Positions 38,099 to 48,984 of a DNA stretch of 64,000 bases are shown here, in pieces. Location: the NCBI GenBank assembly GCA_964521215.1, contig CAZFRD010000004.1:241-64240 (forward strand), in the 5' to 3' direction. The position numbers were made by a program, and so were the translations under genes. A model generated the notes under the pieces. That model searched no databases. It was not told the origin of the DNA and saw nothing but the letters and a program-made list of their open reading frames with translations. The stretch comes from an uncultured Pseudomonadales bacterium. Lineage in GTDB: Bacteria > Patescibacteriota > Microgenomatia > UBA1400 > PJMF01. Each line of letters opens with the position of its first letter. Positions within the stretch are counted from its first letter, which is position 1.

Positions 38099-39336
38099 TC
38101 GCCCCTCCTCTGGGTTTTGTCATACTTTTTCATATGTTTTCGCCATTCATCATACACGATTTCTTGAATTTGGCGAATAAAGAATTCTGGTTTAACTTGG
38201 TCTAACTGAGTGAACTGAATAGAATTAACTTTGGCAGATTTGTCTAGAGCACCAATGGCTCGACTAATTTCGGTTGGGTAAATATTTGATAGGCAAATTG
38301 CTTGGGGATGAGTTGCCAGCAGTTCCGCTGCGCCCGAATGGGCTGATAAGATCACTGGCGTGTTCATTATTGAAGCTTGCAAAGCAGTAATGCCAAAGTC
38401 TTCATCCCCCAACATTAGTAACATTTTGGCATGTTCAATCAGGGTATTCCGTTCTTTGTCGGAGACTGTGCCAAGAAAAATAATAGTTTTCTTGGTTTGT
38501 TTTGCCAGACTGAGTGTTTCGATAGTAGTTTGTTGACTGGTGCGAACCAAAGTAAGTTGTGGATACAAACGGGCTAAACGGTGAAAATCTGGACCGGCGC
38601 CAATAATAATGATCGGTAGCTGGGAACTAACACAAGCTTCTATACCTGCTTGAATTCTTTTATAAGCGACTAGGCGTGAGAGGGAAAGAGCGTAGCGCAA
38701 GGGTTTAATTGCTTGGGTTAGGCTTAAATCTGACGTGGTGGTGTTACTGATGACTGGAGGGTACAAAACCCGAGCCGAACGATGGTAAGTCGCATGAATT
38801 TTAGTGGCACTTTTTTGTGAAAGCGTGAGGTAATGATCTGGTCGCAAAGCTGCAGACTGATCCCACCAAGTTAAATATTTTCTCATTAGCGCTACCCCCT
38901 GCTTGATAATTGGGGCGGTATGCCAACCTGAAACCGAAGAATAGGCGGTGTCATATTCATAAAGGTAGCGGGTTGGGGTAAATAGGTAGCAAACGTGCAG
39001 TTGCTCTGGCTTGGTTATCACGCCTTTGGCTTCCGCACTGCTGACGCTGAGAATAATCTGGTAGTCGGCGAGTGATTGCAACTCAAACGCGATCGGCATG
39101 AGTGGCACCAATAAACGATGTAGTCGATGGGCGAAAGGTATTTTTTGCAGAAAACTAGGGCGAACCAACCAGTTTTTGGTCCAAGCCAGCTTGGGGTTCC
39201 AAAGCGAAGTAATGAGCGGGGCGGTGGGAAAAGCTTGATGCAAGACTTGCAACAAATCTTCGGCACCACCAAAGGCGACGGTTGCCCGGTCGTAGACGAT
39301 GGCCATGGTGGGTTGAGCTGAGGTTAGATGACTCAT
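38095..39336 (-). CDS. Glycosyltransferase family 4
   Basis: 'GGAE', 'CYLFTPTRYLY', 'YPPV', 'SRLVAYKR', 'EDFGI'. Start at ATGA overlap (39336). Confidence 0.85.
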   Translation of the reverse strand: MSHLTSAQPTMAIVYDRATVAFGGAEDLLQVLHQAFPTAPLITSLWNPKLAWTKNWLVRPSFLQKIPFAHRLHRLLVPLMPIAFELQSLADYQIILSVSSAEAKGVITKPEQLHVCYLFTPTRYLYEYDTAYSSVSGWHTAPIIKQGVALMRKYLTWWDQSAALRPDHYLTLSQKSATKIHATYHRSARVLYPPVISNTTTSDLSLTQAIKPLRYALSLSRLVAYKRIQAGIEACVSSQLPIIIIGAGPDFHRLARLYPQLTLVRTSQQTTIETLSLAKQTKKTIIFLGTVSDKERNTLIEHAKMLLMLGDEDFGITALQASIMNTPVILSAHSGAAELLATHPQAICLSNIYPTEISRAIGALDKSAKVNSIQFTQLDQVKPEFFIRQIQEIVYDEWRKHMKKYDKTQRRGE

Positions 39337-40430
39337 GAACAATGTAACAAATGTTGATAGGTGGTTAATGTTTGTTGAGTCATCTTTTCCCAGCTGTACT
39401 TTTGGCATTGGTGGCGTCCTTTTGCTATCAGGGCTTTTCGTTGAGAGGCAAGTTGTTTGATTGCCTTGACGAAGCTCTGGGGTTCATGCGGCTGGCAATA
39501 GAGCGCAGCGTCTTGGTAAATTTCATGAAAGATGGGAATGTCCGAGGCGATCACTGGTGTGCCAGCCGCCATCGCTTCTAAACCAGTGAGCCCAAAGCCT
39601 TCCGAAAGTGAGGGTTGCATTAAGGCTTGCGCCTTCTGGTAAAGCGTGTGCAGTTCTCCATCCGTTGCCCGACCAAAAAAGACAACTTGTTTTTCTAGAT
39701 CTAGGGTGGTCACTAGCTGTTTAATTTGCTGTGAGAAGACTGAGCGTGATCCAACCAGCACCAAACTGAGTTTGGGCAATTGTTGTAGGGCTTTGAGTAC
39801 GACCGCAATATTCTTGTGCGGATAAAGTGAGCCAACAAACAATAGGAAATTATTAGGTAATGGTTGGCGCAACTTTTCTGGATGACTCAGGCTGACGCCC
39901 TCATAAGTAATTTCTATTTTATTTTCTGCAGAGGGATAGTATTGCAGAAGCGTGTCATATATCTCTTTTGATGGAATAAAAATGTGTTTGGCCTTGCGTA
40001 TGGACAGCGAAGTGACTAAGCGATAGCCAATATATTTAAACCAGTAAAGCCATGGTTGGAGAGTAGTTACTGTTTGTCCACGATGATGGTGCCAAAGCAG
40101 GTCGTGGATGGTCATCACAAATGGCCTGAGGTAAGCAAAAGGCACATTAAAGTGTGGGACATGCAGTAAATCGAGTTTTTCTCGGTAGAATATCCAGGGT
40201 AACCAAGCCTGCTCAGCTATTGAATAATGCTGGATGGGACAAAATACAATGCGAACGTTTTGGTTAGTGCCATGATCAAGCAAGTAATCGGCCTGGGTCT
40301 GATTGGAGCAAAAAAGCACCCATTCAAAAGAGGAAGGACGACTTAATAGAACTCGAACCAGTTGAGCGGTGTAACGTCCAATACCCGCATGATCGGGTCC
40401 TGCTAAGCGGCAGTCGATCCCGATTCGCAT
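39333..40430 (-). CDS. Glycosyltransferase family 4 (mannosyltransferase-like)
   Basis: 'GIGRY', 'TIHDL', 'GSLYPHKN', 'EGFGLTGLEAM', 'YSWE'. Confidence 0.9.
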   Translation of the reverse strand: MRIGIDCRLAGPDHAGIGRYTAQLVRVLLSRPSSFEWVLFCSNQTQADYLLDHGTNQNVRIVFCPIQHYSIAEQAWLPWIFYREKLDLLHVPHFNVPFAYLRPFVMTIHDLLWHHHRGQTVTTLQPWLYWFKYIGYRLVTSLSIRKAKHIFIPSKEIYDTLLQYYPSAENKIEITYEGVSLSHPEKLRQPLPNNFLLFVGSLYPHKNIAVVLKALQQLPKLSLVLVGSRSVFSQQIKQLVTTLDLEKQVVFFGRATDGELHTLYQKAQALMQPSLSEGFGLTGLEAMAAGTPVIASDIPIFHEIYQDAALYCQPHEPQSFVKAIKQLASQRKALIAKGRHQCQKYSWEKMTQQTLTTYQHLLHCS

Positions 40431-40433
40431 GAG

Positions 40434-40859
40434 CTATTTTTTAACCACTTTTTTCGTACGCACTACTTTTTTGGTCACTTTTTTGGGCGAATGTTTGGTG
40501 AGAGCGTTGTCGACTAATTTCTCTAACTCCTTCAACTCAGCATCATCCACTAAGCCGGTGGATTGATTGACTTCATTGACTAGGGTCTTCTCTAGTTTGA
40601 CCATTTGTCTTTCACGGAAAAAATTGCCTACTAAAGTAACGACCAATTGCAACGCTCCAAGCGCTAGGGCAACTACAGGAATATATTGCAGTAACATTGG
40701 TTCGGCAGTGAGTTGTTGGTCGGCGTACACAAAACGCACCAGAACTTGGGGAAGTAAGATGGCAACAAATAGTGCGCCAATCATGACTACTAAAGCCTCC
40801 ATCAACGCCTGGAGATTTTTTTGTCTTAAATACTGAATTTGGAATTTGTGGAGGTTCAT
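40434..40859 (-). CDS. Hypothetical two-TM membrane protein with Lys-rich tail
   Basis: Two hydrophobic segments; ATGA overlap with the upstream GT2. Confidence 0.6.
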   Translation of the reverse strand: MNLHKFQIQYLRQKNLQALMEALVVMIGALFVAILLPQVLVRFVYADQQLTAEPMLLQYIPVVALALGALQLVVTLVGNFFRERQMVKLEKTLVNEVNQSTGLVDDAELKELEKLVDNALTKHSPKKVTKKVVRTKKVVKK

Positions 40860-41734
40860 ACCGCTCCCTTTCTCATCACTATAAATATTTTTACTAACCA
40901 TCTCACTAAGCTCGGATAGTGGTGAGCGTAGTGTTTGTCATAGTATTGTAGCATGGTATCGAAAAAGTGGCGTTTTGTTTGTGTAGCGATTTTTTGTGAG
41001 GCGTTTTTTAAACCAGACTTATATTTATGATGAATCAGAGTCACCCCGGGATGATAAACGATTAGTAGGCCAGCATCTCTGAATCTTTTGCACCAATCCA
41101 GATCTTCCGCATACATAAAAAATCGCTCGTCCAAGGGACCAACTTGCTTTAGAGCCGATTGTTTGACGATCATGGTTGCACCTGAACAGGCGTCAATGGT
41201 GTGAATGGTGGCCAAGTTTTTATAAGTTTGGTGGTATTGCGCAAAGTTAGTTGATTGGGGAAATAGACGCTCCAAGCCGAGGAAGTAGGTTATGCTTGCC
41301 CAAATAGTTGGTTCGCCCCGATGACAGGCCATATCCATCGAACCATCAGAAAACATCAAGCGAGGCGTGATGACTGCTACATCTTTTCGTTTAGCTGCAA
41401 AATTGAGCAAAGTATCTAAATTAGAATTGTCTGTTAATTCAATATCAGAATTCATTAGCATATAATTACGTGCCGTTACGGCAGAAATACCACGATTATT
41501 AGCGGAGGCAAAACCCGTGTTTGATTCCAATTTTATGTAAGTGACCCAGGGAAATTGTTTTTCCATCATGACTGTGGTGGCATCACTGCTATTGTTATCG
41601 ACCACGACAGTGGTGACTGAGCGTTTGGTTTTTTGCAAATAAAAAGTATCTAAAGTCTGGAGAGTTTTTTCCAGCCAGAACTGACTGTTGAAAGTCACAA
41701 TCACAATAGCAACGTCAAAAATCTTTTTTTCCAT
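40856..41734 (-). CDS. Glycosyltransferase family 2 (WbbL/rhamnosyltransferase-like)
   Basis: 'VVDNNSSD', 'N.GFASANN', 'NSD', 'DERFFMYAEDLDWC.R'. Confidence 0.88.
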   Translation of the reverse strand: MEKKIFDVAIVIVTFNSQFWLEKTLQTLDTFYLQKTKRSVTTVVVDNNSSDATTVMMEKQFPWVTYIKLESNTGFASANNRGISAVTARNYMLMNSDIELTDNSNLDTLLNFAAKRKDVAVITPRLMFSDGSMDMACHRGEPTIWASITYFLGLERLFPQSTNFAQYHQTYKNLATIHTIDACSGATMIVKQSALKQVGPLDERFFMYAEDLDWCKRFRDAGLLIVYHPGVTLIHHKYKSGLKNASQKIATQTKRHFFDTMLQYYDKHYAHHYPSLVRWLVKIFIVMRKGAV

Positions 41735-42929
41735 GTCTTGCACTTCCCATTTGTTGGTAGATTGTATCAAGTTTTTGTGAAATTAGAGGCCAATCATAAC
41801 GTTTAGTTAAAAAAGATAATCCTTGAGTGGCCATCGTTTTGCGTTTGGCGGGATTTTGTAATAATTCAATGGTTTTTTGAGCCAGAGTGGTGGCGGAGTC
41901 ACCAATTTCTACTTGGACACCAGGTTTGAGACCCAAACCCTCGACCGCAGTGGAGGTGGCGACAATGGGAGTTCCCGAAGCCAGTGATTCAAGAACTTTG
42001 TAACGAGTGCCTTTGCCACTAAAAACAGGGGCGATGAGCACATCAGCGGTGGCAAAGGCATCACGAATATCAGGAATATTGCCCGTAATTCTAATACCAT
42101 GCGCTTTTTTGGCATAACCTAGGACTGTATCGGAGGGCGAATTGCCCACAATATGCAGTTCTGCTTGCGGGATCGCTTGGCGAATTAAAGGCCAAACATT
42201 TTTCACTAAATACGAGACTGCTTCTCGGTTGGGCAACCACTTAAAGGTACCGACGAATAAAATCGTGGGATTGGTATGTATTTGCTTTTTGACTTGGCCA
42301 AACCAGGCAATATCTACCCCGTTGGCCACCACGGCAATCTTTTTAGGTTGATTCACATGTGGCGTGATGGCTTGCTTATCTTCCTCGCTCATGACAATTA
42401 ACCGATCAGCAATGTCCCAGTAATGTTGTTCCCAGTGACGAATTTTTTGAATGTCGATGTCTAAAATCTTTTTTAGGGGCCACCAAGCTTTTTGGGCGTA
42501 ACTTTCGTATCCCAAGGACTCAATTGTCTGCTCGACGAGAATGACGGGGGTAGAAGTTTCAGGCAGATGCGGCATCATGTAAAAAGTTTCGGCATGGATT
42601 AAATCGTAGTGGTTTTGTTCTAGTTCTAGTTTCGTCGCTTTGATTACCGCCGGTACATGATTGCGAATGACTAAAAATGGATAACGAGAAAAAGCCGTAT
42701 GAAAAATGTTTTTAAAAGTAAACGGTTCTTGTGATCGGCGAAAGACTCGAATTTCGTGGCAGTATTTTTTAATTTCTGGAATATACTGGCGTTCTGTATC
42801 GTCCTTGATTAAACAAAATAAAGTAATTTCGTGTTTGTTGGCTAACTGCTTGAGCAGATTGTAGGTGCGAATTTGACCACCAGAAAGCAGGGGAAATGGC
42901 AGATAGGGGGTGAGCATTAAGACTCTCAT
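41715..42929 (-). CDS. Glycosyltransferase family 4
   Basis: 'P.P..SGGQIR', 'NGVD', 'GTF.W.PN', 'G.GTRYKVLE.LA'. Confidence 0.88.
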   Translation of the reverse strand: MRVLMLTPYLPFPLLSGGQIRTYNLLKQLANKHEITLFCLIKDDTERQYIPEIKKYCHEIRVFRRSQEPFTFKNIFHTAFSRYPFLVIRNHVPAVIKATKLELEQNHYDLIHAETFYMMPHLPETSTPVILVEQTIESLGYESYAQKAWWPLKKILDIDIQKIRHWEQHYWDIADRLIVMSEEDKQAITPHVNQPKKIAVVANGVDIAWFGQVKKQIHTNPTILFVGTFKWLPNREAVSYLVKNVWPLIRQAIPQAELHIVGNSPSDTVLGYAKKAHGIRITGNIPDIRDAFATADVLIAPVFSGKGTRYKVLESLASGTPIVATSTAVEGLGLKPGVQVEIGDSATTLAQKTIELLQNPAKRKTMATQGLSFLTKRYDWPLISQKLDTIYQQMGSARHGKKDF

Positions 42930-44371
42930 GGTTTGGTGGTGGTGGGTTTTTGCAAATCTAAAAGTAAATAATCTTGAGTTTTGACAATCGTAAAGTACTT
43001 CTTTTCCAACTCTCTCGCCTCATCATCATAACTGGTAGTGATATAGTATTGCGCTCCCAAGGAGATTTTTTTGTCAATTTCAAATCCGATTGGCCAGCCA
43101 CGACGGTTTGTCTGAAATAAAAACTGGGTGTCGCCGAAGGCGGGAGCAATCACTAAAGCATCACTGGGTGTTTGTTGATCCACCACTTGGCCAGCTTTAA
43201 CATATTCAGAGTGATTCATTTGGTAAAAACCTTTAACTTGGTACCCAGCCAAAATCAGCATCATAAGATAAAGGCTAGTTACGGCAAACCAGGGCTGTTT
43301 AATCTTGAGCTTATGTTTGAGTAACCACGCCAACATCACCATGCCTCGGGCCACTGTCAAACAAATAATGGGCAAGAGCAAATTTTGGTAGTAATCATGC
43401 TGAACGTTGCCTGAGGCAACGACAATTAAATATGCCAAGACTCCCAACCACCAGCTGGCGTACAAAATTCTCTCTGAAAATTTGGTTCGAATTAAACTAA
43501 AAAGAAAAAAGATTGGCCCAATAAAGCCTAGAATCATTTTTGTTAGGCGTTCGTAGCCCAACCAGCGAAACCAGGCTGGCCGGAGCCGAATACCATTACC
43601 ATTGAGCAACCAGTCGGCGGCCGGTATGCCGGAGGGAAACTGCATAATCCACCACCGCCAAAAAAGTAGTGGAACGACGGTGAGTGAGAAAAAGAAAAAT
43701 GCCAGGACATCAAACGGCCGTCGCCAGATGGAGCGAATGGTGGCCGAGGCAATAAACACCGGTAGTAAAAAGGCAACGAACGGTTTTAGTAGTAACGCCA
43801 GGGCGAATAAACCAAAAGCCAACCAGTAGTACTGCCACCGATGTTTGGCCAACCAGTAATTCCAAAAAACTAAAGCGCCCGTACTTGCGGCTAACATAAA
43901 TGGCTCAGGTAGTACGGCTCTTGAATAGAAAACTGAATAAGGCAAAACGGCAAAAGTCAGGGCAGCAAACGCCCCAACTTTTTTGCCAGACCAGAGCAAG
44001 CCTAGGTAGTAGATGGCCGCGACTGTACCTAAAGAAGCGGTAATCGCAGCTAATCGACTCAGAGTTACTAGATCAACCCAAGGAGCGGCTTTGAGTAGCA
44101 AGGCAAGACTGGCTTGAATAATTGGGAATTCGACCATACGATAGCCTTCCAAATTATCCTGCCCGCTCTGAATATTGCTCAAATCGTGATATCTGGGGCG
44201 AAGCACATCAATGCCATTTTTGACGTATTCTCTGGTGACGGAGGCTGTATCTGCCTGACGAAAACTATGCCAATCCAAGACAGTTTGATTGACGCGGTAC
44301 AAACGTAAAAATAACGCTAAAACCAAGATAAATACCAAGGGTAAACTCTGGATCCATTTAGTAATCGACAT
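42926..44371 (-). CDS. GT-C fold membrane glycosyltransferase (ArnT/PMT_2-like)
   Basis: TM + 'LRLY', loop 'WHSFRQADTA', 'EFP', 'YSRAVLPE', 'LLLKP', 'HDYY'. Confidence 0.75.
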   Translation of the reverse strand: MSITKWIQSLPLVFILVLALFLRLYRVNQTVLDWHSFRQADTASVTREYVKNGIDVLRPRYHDLSNIQSGQDNLEGYRMVEFPIIQASLALLLKAAPWVDLVTLSRLAAITASLGTVAAIYYLGLLWSGKKVGAFAALTFAVLPYSVFYSRAVLPEPFMLAASTGALVFWNYWLAKHRWQYYWLAFGLFALALLLKPFVAFLLPVFIASATIRSIWRRPFDVLAFFFFSLTVVPLLFWRWWIMQFPSGIPAADWLLNGNGIRLRPAWFRWLGYERLTKMILGFIGPIFFLFSLIRTKFSERILYASWWLGVLAYLIVVASGNVQHDYYQNLLLPIICLTVARGMVMLAWLLKHKLKIKQPWFAVTSLYLMMLILAGYQVKGFYQMNHSEYVKAGQVVDQQTPSDALVIAPAFGDTQFLFQTNRRGWPIGFEIDKKISLGAQYYITTSYDDEARELEKKYFTIVKTQDYLLLDLQKPTTTKP

Positions 44372-46085
44372 GATGCCGTTTCTTTTTGTTTGTTTTAACA
44401 GTGGCTGAATTTTGGAGTAAGCTACTGGCTCGGACGAGTCCCGCAAAAAACCAAAAAGTATAAGCTACTTTTGAAGCTGCAAAAACATCAATGTAAGTGG
44501 CGTTGATCAGTAATCCAATGGCGCCACACATAAAACCAATGGCTAGGGCTTTGTCCATACGGGTATGGAGTTTGTGAATTGACCAACCAACATAAATAAT
44601 CAAGAAGAAACTCACGCCATAAAAAGTAATAAAGCCCACTAATCCAGTCTCTCCCAGAGTCCGTAGGTAGTTATTGTCGGTACTATCGGCAATGGTAAAT
44701 TCATCAACAAACTGTTTGTTGAGGGTGGCGTAACCAGTGCCAAAAATTGGGTTGGTCTCGAAACTTTGTAGGGCCCATGGCCAGAGTGATTCTAACCGAA
44801 TACAAAGTGACAATTCGTGCTTCAAAGCACAATCGGAATATATTCTAGTTTTGTGGATCACGACTCGCTGAACAGTCCCGTCGGCGAGCGTTTCATACGT
44901 ATCCACTGGCTCAGGAATATCCTCATACACATCTCTTGGTCGGTTGGTGGCAACAGTGGGGCTGGGATTTTGTGGAACTGGCGGTTGGTCACTAATTGAA
45001 GCCACTTGAGCAATAATGGCGGCTTCTAGATCGGGCGCAGCCTGAGCATTGTCGGGAATGGCCGGCGCTTTGGGCAACCAAGCCAACAGTTGATTGGCTT
45101 GAGGCAGTGGTAGCGGATCAAGTAGATTATCAATCATTTGGTTAATATTTATCGGTTGATCTGAGGAACTAATAGCATTGCTGATCCGATCTAACATATT
45201 TTGACCAAAGTAATACAGCATTAAAGTGAGGAAGATTGAGGCGACGAAGGTTCGAGAAATAAAGTAACTAATTTTGTTCAACAATTTTTTTTGCAGTAGT
45301 GTATGAAAACAAATAACTAACATTAAAGCGATTAGAATAGCAGCAAAGGGAATGCGTGAAGCGCTCATTACCATTAGCCAAAATCCAGCGCCAAAAACTA
45401 TCAATAAGGCGAGTTTGCGTTTTTTATTCCGAACTAGAAGCGCGAGCGAGAGGATGATGGGTAAGACAATGACGAGGTAGGCAGCCATGTCGTAATGTCC
45501 GGCAAAAGTGGATTGAATGCGTGCATGTTCGGTTAAAACCAAACGGATGCCCTTGCTGAACTCTCGGTTCATGGTGGAGTAAACCGGCCAGTAAAAGAAC
45601 TTTTGCATATAGCCGTAAACCGCGATGGCAAAAACTGCCATCACTAGTAGTTTGAGTAACAGGCGAACGTCTTTTTTGGATCTGATAGCAGCATAACTGA
45701 CAAAAAAGACGGAAAAATATTCCATATAACGGAAAAAATGCAGAGCGGTTTTTGCTATATGGAGTGGTTGAATGGGAACAGTTTGAGTCACAAATAAGGC
45801 ACTAAGCATGGAGAGGATGCCCGCTACCGCGTAACTACCAATGAGTGCTAAGGTGACTTTGTCAACTTTAGCCCGTTTACGGATAATTTGGATTATGGTG
45901 GCCAAAACGGCGATCAAAACGACAAAGTCTTCCAGTCTAACTCGAACAATGTATTGTTCGATTGGGCTAAAAATGGGAATCTTAGGATAAAGTGGAATTA
46001 GTAGTACTAATAAACCGGCAAAAAAAAGCAAACCATGCTGATCGTACCAGTGGAGTAGTTTTTTGAAGTTATTAATCATTGGCAC
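44358..46085 (-). CDS. O-antigen ligase/polymerase family protein with large extracytoplasmic loop
   Basis: Multi-TM; 'RIQSTFAGHYD', 'SASR', 'NPIFGTG', 'DNNYLRTLGETG.VG'. Confidence 0.75.
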   Translation of the reverse strand: MPMINNFKKLLHWYDQHGLLFFAGLLVLLIPLYPKIPIFSPIEQYIVRVRLEDFVVLIAVLATIIQIIRKRAKVDKVTLALIGSYAVAGILSMLSALFVTQTVPIQPLHIAKTALHFFRYMEYFSVFFVSYAAIRSKKDVRLLLKLLVMAVFAIAVYGYMQKFFYWPVYSTMNREFSKGIRLVLTEHARIQSTFAGHYDMAAYLVIVLPIILSLALLVRNKKRKLALLIVFGAGFWLMVMSASRIPFAAILIALMLVICFHTLLQKKLLNKISYFISRTFVASIFLTLMLYYFGQNMLDRISNAISSSDQPININQMIDNLLDPLPLPQANQLLAWLPKAPAIPDNAQAAPDLEAAIIAQVASISDQPPVPQNPSPTVATNRPRDVYEDIPEPVDTYETLADGTVQRVVIHKTRIYSDCALKHELSLCIRLESLWPWALQSFETNPIFGTGYATLNKQFVDEFTIADSTDNNYLRTLGETGLVGFITFYGVSFFLIIYVGWSIHKLHTRMDKALAIGFMCGAIGLLINATYIDVFAASKVAYTFWFFAGLVRASSLLQNSATVKTNKKKRHHVDY

Positions 46086-46122
46086 AGTCTATTGTACCTG
46101 TAATGACCAGAAAGGGTCAAAC

Positions 46123-47085
46123 TCAGAGCTGACGAAGAAGTTGTTGATAGGTTCTTGCCTGTGAACTTCGCCCGAGTAAGGTGAAAAGCACTAGGCGTTG
46201 CATTGATCCCCAATAAATGATCAGTTTGAGAAAAAAGGTAGAGAAGCTTCCAAAATATTTGGGCCAGATTTTTAGTACTCCCCTCGCCTCACCAATTTTT
46301 GCCTGACTAATAGAGCTACTGGCCGATCCGAGATGAGTGACTTTGGCTTGGTGAGCAATGGCACTCTTCCAACCCGCTTGGTTGGCTCGCAAACAGAACT
46401 CCACGTCTTCTGCATACATAAAAATTGACTCGTCTAAACCGCCAACCGACTCGTAAAGTTGGCGAGGAAAACAAACGGCAGTCGCCCCCACCCAGCCCAT
46501 TGACTGAATGGCAGGAGGATTATTGGTTGGCGATTGTCGGCGTTGAAGGGTTGGTAAATAGTTGCCAATTATCGGGAGATCGTCCAACATTAGCCATTGG
46601 CAAGCGGCAGATAATAAAGATATTTGGTCGCCGCCCTGTGGTTGATAACTACCATCTGGATTCCACAATGAGGCGGCGACTAAACCTAATTGTTTGTTTT
46701 TTGTCTGAGCGGGGGAAGTTTGGAGGACTTTAACTAATGTTTCTAAAGCGCCAGTTTGCACAATCGTATCGGAGTTGAGTAATAGGAAGTACTCTCCCCT
46801 AGCTTGTTTGAGCGCCAGATTATTTGCTTGGGCGAAACCCAGGTTGGCTTTATTTTGTATGAGTTTAATTGGAACAGTTTCAGCGCACTTTTTGATGAAA
46901 TCTTTGATGATGGCTTGAGAATTGTCACTAGAGTCATTATCAACGACTATTACCTCACTCGATTTTGCCAGCATTGTTGATTGAGCAATATCAGAAACGA
47001 CGGACTCGAGGCATTGAATGGTTAGCTTGGCGGTGTTGTATGAGATGACAATGATTGAGAGCAGGGATTGCTGTGTTTTCGCCAT
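46123..47085 (-). CDS. Glycosyltransferase family 2
   Basis: 'SIIVISYNT', 'VVDNDSSD', 'NLGFAQANN', 'LLNSDT', 'FMYAEDVEFC.R'. Start placed at MAKTQQ (47085), 7 nt after TATAGT. Confidence 0.88.
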   Translation of the reverse strand: MAKTQQSLLSIIVISYNTAKLTIQCLESVVSDIAQSTMLAKSSEVIVVDNDSSDNSQAIIKDFIKKCAETVPIKLIQNKANLGFAQANNLALKQARGEYFLLLNSDTIVQTGALETLVKVLQTSPAQTKNKQLGLVAASLWNPDGSYQPQGGDQISLLSAACQWLMLDDLPIIGNYLPTLQRRQSPTNNPPAIQSMGWVGATAVCFPRQLYESVGGLDESIFMYAEDVEFCLRANQAGWKSAIAHQAKVTHLGSASSSISQAKIGEARGVLKIWPKYFGSFSTFFLKLIIYWGSMQRLVLFTLLGRSSQARTYQQLLRQL

Positions 47086-47173
47086 TAAAGATACTATACC
47101 GCATCTTAAATAAAGTGCCAGAGTTGCTAAAATGATGTAGTATGATATGTAATAAGAACAAAAAAGATAATTT

Positions 47174-48181
47174 ATGGGCAATTTTGGATCACAAGAAAAA
47201 TTTTCAAGAACACTGGATACATCTCCCGAAGAGACAGATCTGAAAGACTTAGAGGTTCTTTTTCGACACCTTAGATTTGCCGAGGGGCTCCAGATTGCAT
47301 CTGAATTAAGTTTTAACCAAATCTTGGCTGACAGCATCAAACTACTTCTCCAAGATACATTTGTTTTACAGTATGGACTTTTCTTCGATGAGTTCGAAGT
47401 AAAAATATCTTTCGGAGAACGTCCAGATGAAAAAATCATCATGGTAACAATTGTCGATTCAAAACGGGAGGAATTTGCTCAAAAGATGAATTTCTCAAAT
47501 GGGAGAACTCTGTATGGAATGAAACAAAATGCAGTGAGGCTGAAAATATTATCTGTAATTGATGAGCTAAATCGTCGTTTCCAAAGTGATTTCCAGACGC
47601 AATTAGTACCTGGAACTACAAATTTGGGTAAAGTCACTGAATTTGCTATTAAGCAAACAGTGTTTTTAGTTCAAACATATGAGAATGACTTGCTTCGAGA
47701 AACTGCCAAAGATTATAAAGATACTATTGAAATTGCATACCGAAACCAAGAAAAGCAACGCATTTCCGAAATGCTTGTTCAGCTTGAAAAGCTTATTACA
47801 GCCACGATCTTAAAGCACGAAGCAAAATTTCAGGGATTATTTAGGAAAATGTTTAATTCTTCAAAACCAAGACTAGAGGCAAGTGTATTTACAGAAAATG
47901 AGCATAACGATATTCATGTCTTGCTCACTCTTTCGTTTAACTTAGATGCTTCAATCAAGTATACTCAAGAGCAATTTTCTCAGTCTCAGGACGCAATTCG
48001 CCAGTTGTCAACGGAAATAGTGCAAATTAATCTGGAAAATGATATTTTGACTCAAACAGACGCAGTTCCTCAACTTGGTGGAGGAAGGTTAAGAAATCTG
48101 TTTGGAGGTAAAAAAACTTTAGAAGCAAGACATTTTTCATATGTGTTTGAGGTCATATTAGACCTAGATGAGTTGAACTAA
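47174..48181 (+). CDS. Hypothetical protein (AT-rich orphan, opposite strand to flanking genes)
   Basis: 335-aa ORF, no TM, no motif recognised. Confidence 0.6.
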   Translation: MGNFGSQEKFSRTLDTSPEETDLKDLEVLFRHLRFAEGLQIASELSFNQILADSIKLLLQDTFVLQYGLFFDEFEVKISFGERPDEKIIMVTIVDSKREEFAQKMNFSNGRTLYGMKQNAVRLKILSVIDELNRRFQSDFQTQLVPGTTNLGKVTEFAIKQTVFLVQTYENDLLRETAKDYKDTIEIAYRNQEKQRISEMLVQLEKLITATILKHEAKFQGLFRKMFNSSKPRLEASVFTENEHNDIHVLLTLSFNLDASIKYTQEQFSQSQDAIRQLSTEIVQINLENDILTQTDAVPQLGGGRLRNLFGGKKTLEARHFSYVFEVILDLDELN

Positions 48182-48374
48182 GTGGCAGTGGTGATAAATT
48201 ATTATCAGATTATGGTTGTTTTGCATGATTACTTTTGAAGAATTAGAAAGCGGTTCCAGTAGTAAATAAGACAATATTACTCCAGAGTGGATGCTAATTG
48301 TTCAGCTAACCAATATGGTGAAAGCGATGAAAATGACGTTTTGTTTCAACAAAATATGATATTAATAGTCAAAA

Positions 48375-48953
48375 CTATTGAAACCAGCGGGCACGACCCA
48401 GCCGATAGCTGAGCTTGGTTACGTCTCTGGTGCCAATCGGTTTGGCAGGTACGCCACCGACGATGGTGCCCGCTGAGACTGACTTGGTGACAACGGCGCC
48501 GGCGGCCACGACGGCGCCACGTTCAATCGTGACGCCAGGTAAGATTATCGCTCTTGGTCCAATAAAAACATAGTCTTCAATAGTGACTGGTGCTTCAATA
48601 GGTTTGAAATGAGGGTCGTGCAAATCGTGTTCGCTAGTCCAAATCATTGCTTGACTAGCTATATCGACGTGATTGCCAATCGTAATTCCACCGGTGGAAC
48701 CAGCGAGTTGTCGTCGACCATCAAGCGTGACTTGTTCACCAATAATGGAATCTTCACCAATGGCGATGTAGCGCGGATCGTAGATCCGCGCCATCATATG
48801 AATCGTTGATCCAGCGCCAATTTTGATGCCAGCTAAGCGATAACAAAATCGTCGAAAAAAATGAGACGGTACACCGCCGACAATCCACCAGAGTAAACCA
48901 GTGACAAACTCCAGCCAAATAGCCTTCAAACGACGTTCAATTTTATTTATCAT
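48375..48953 (-). CDS. Hexapeptide-repeat (left-handed beta-helix) O-acyltransferase
   Basis: 'PVTIEDYVFIGPRAIILPGVTI..GAVVAAGAVVTKSV.....VGGVPAK'. Confidence 0.9.
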   Translation of the reverse strand: MINKIERRLKAIWLEFVTGLLWWIVGGVPSHFFRRFCYRLAGIKIGAGSTIHMMARIYDPRYIAIGEDSIIGEQVTLDGRRQLAGSTGGITIGNHVDIASQAMIWTSEHDLHDPHFKPIEAPVTIEDYVFIGPRAIILPGVTIERGAVVAAGAVVTKSVSAGTIVGGVPAKPIGTRDVTKLSYRLGRARWFQ

Positions 48954-48984
48954 AGTTTAATTTTAACACTGTCAATTCAACTGG

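Noticed and set aside
47086-47442. 119-codon N-terminal extension of the GT2 in the ORF track (similar extensions at 2794, 39408, 44446, 54641)
   Set aside because: They overlap neighbouring genes. Downstream ATGs fit the family N-termini, stop/start overlaps or adjacent -10 boxes better.
48182-48374. ~190-nt intergenic gap as possible sRNA or pseudogene
   Set aside because: No convincing hairpin, terminator or recognisable coding remnant.
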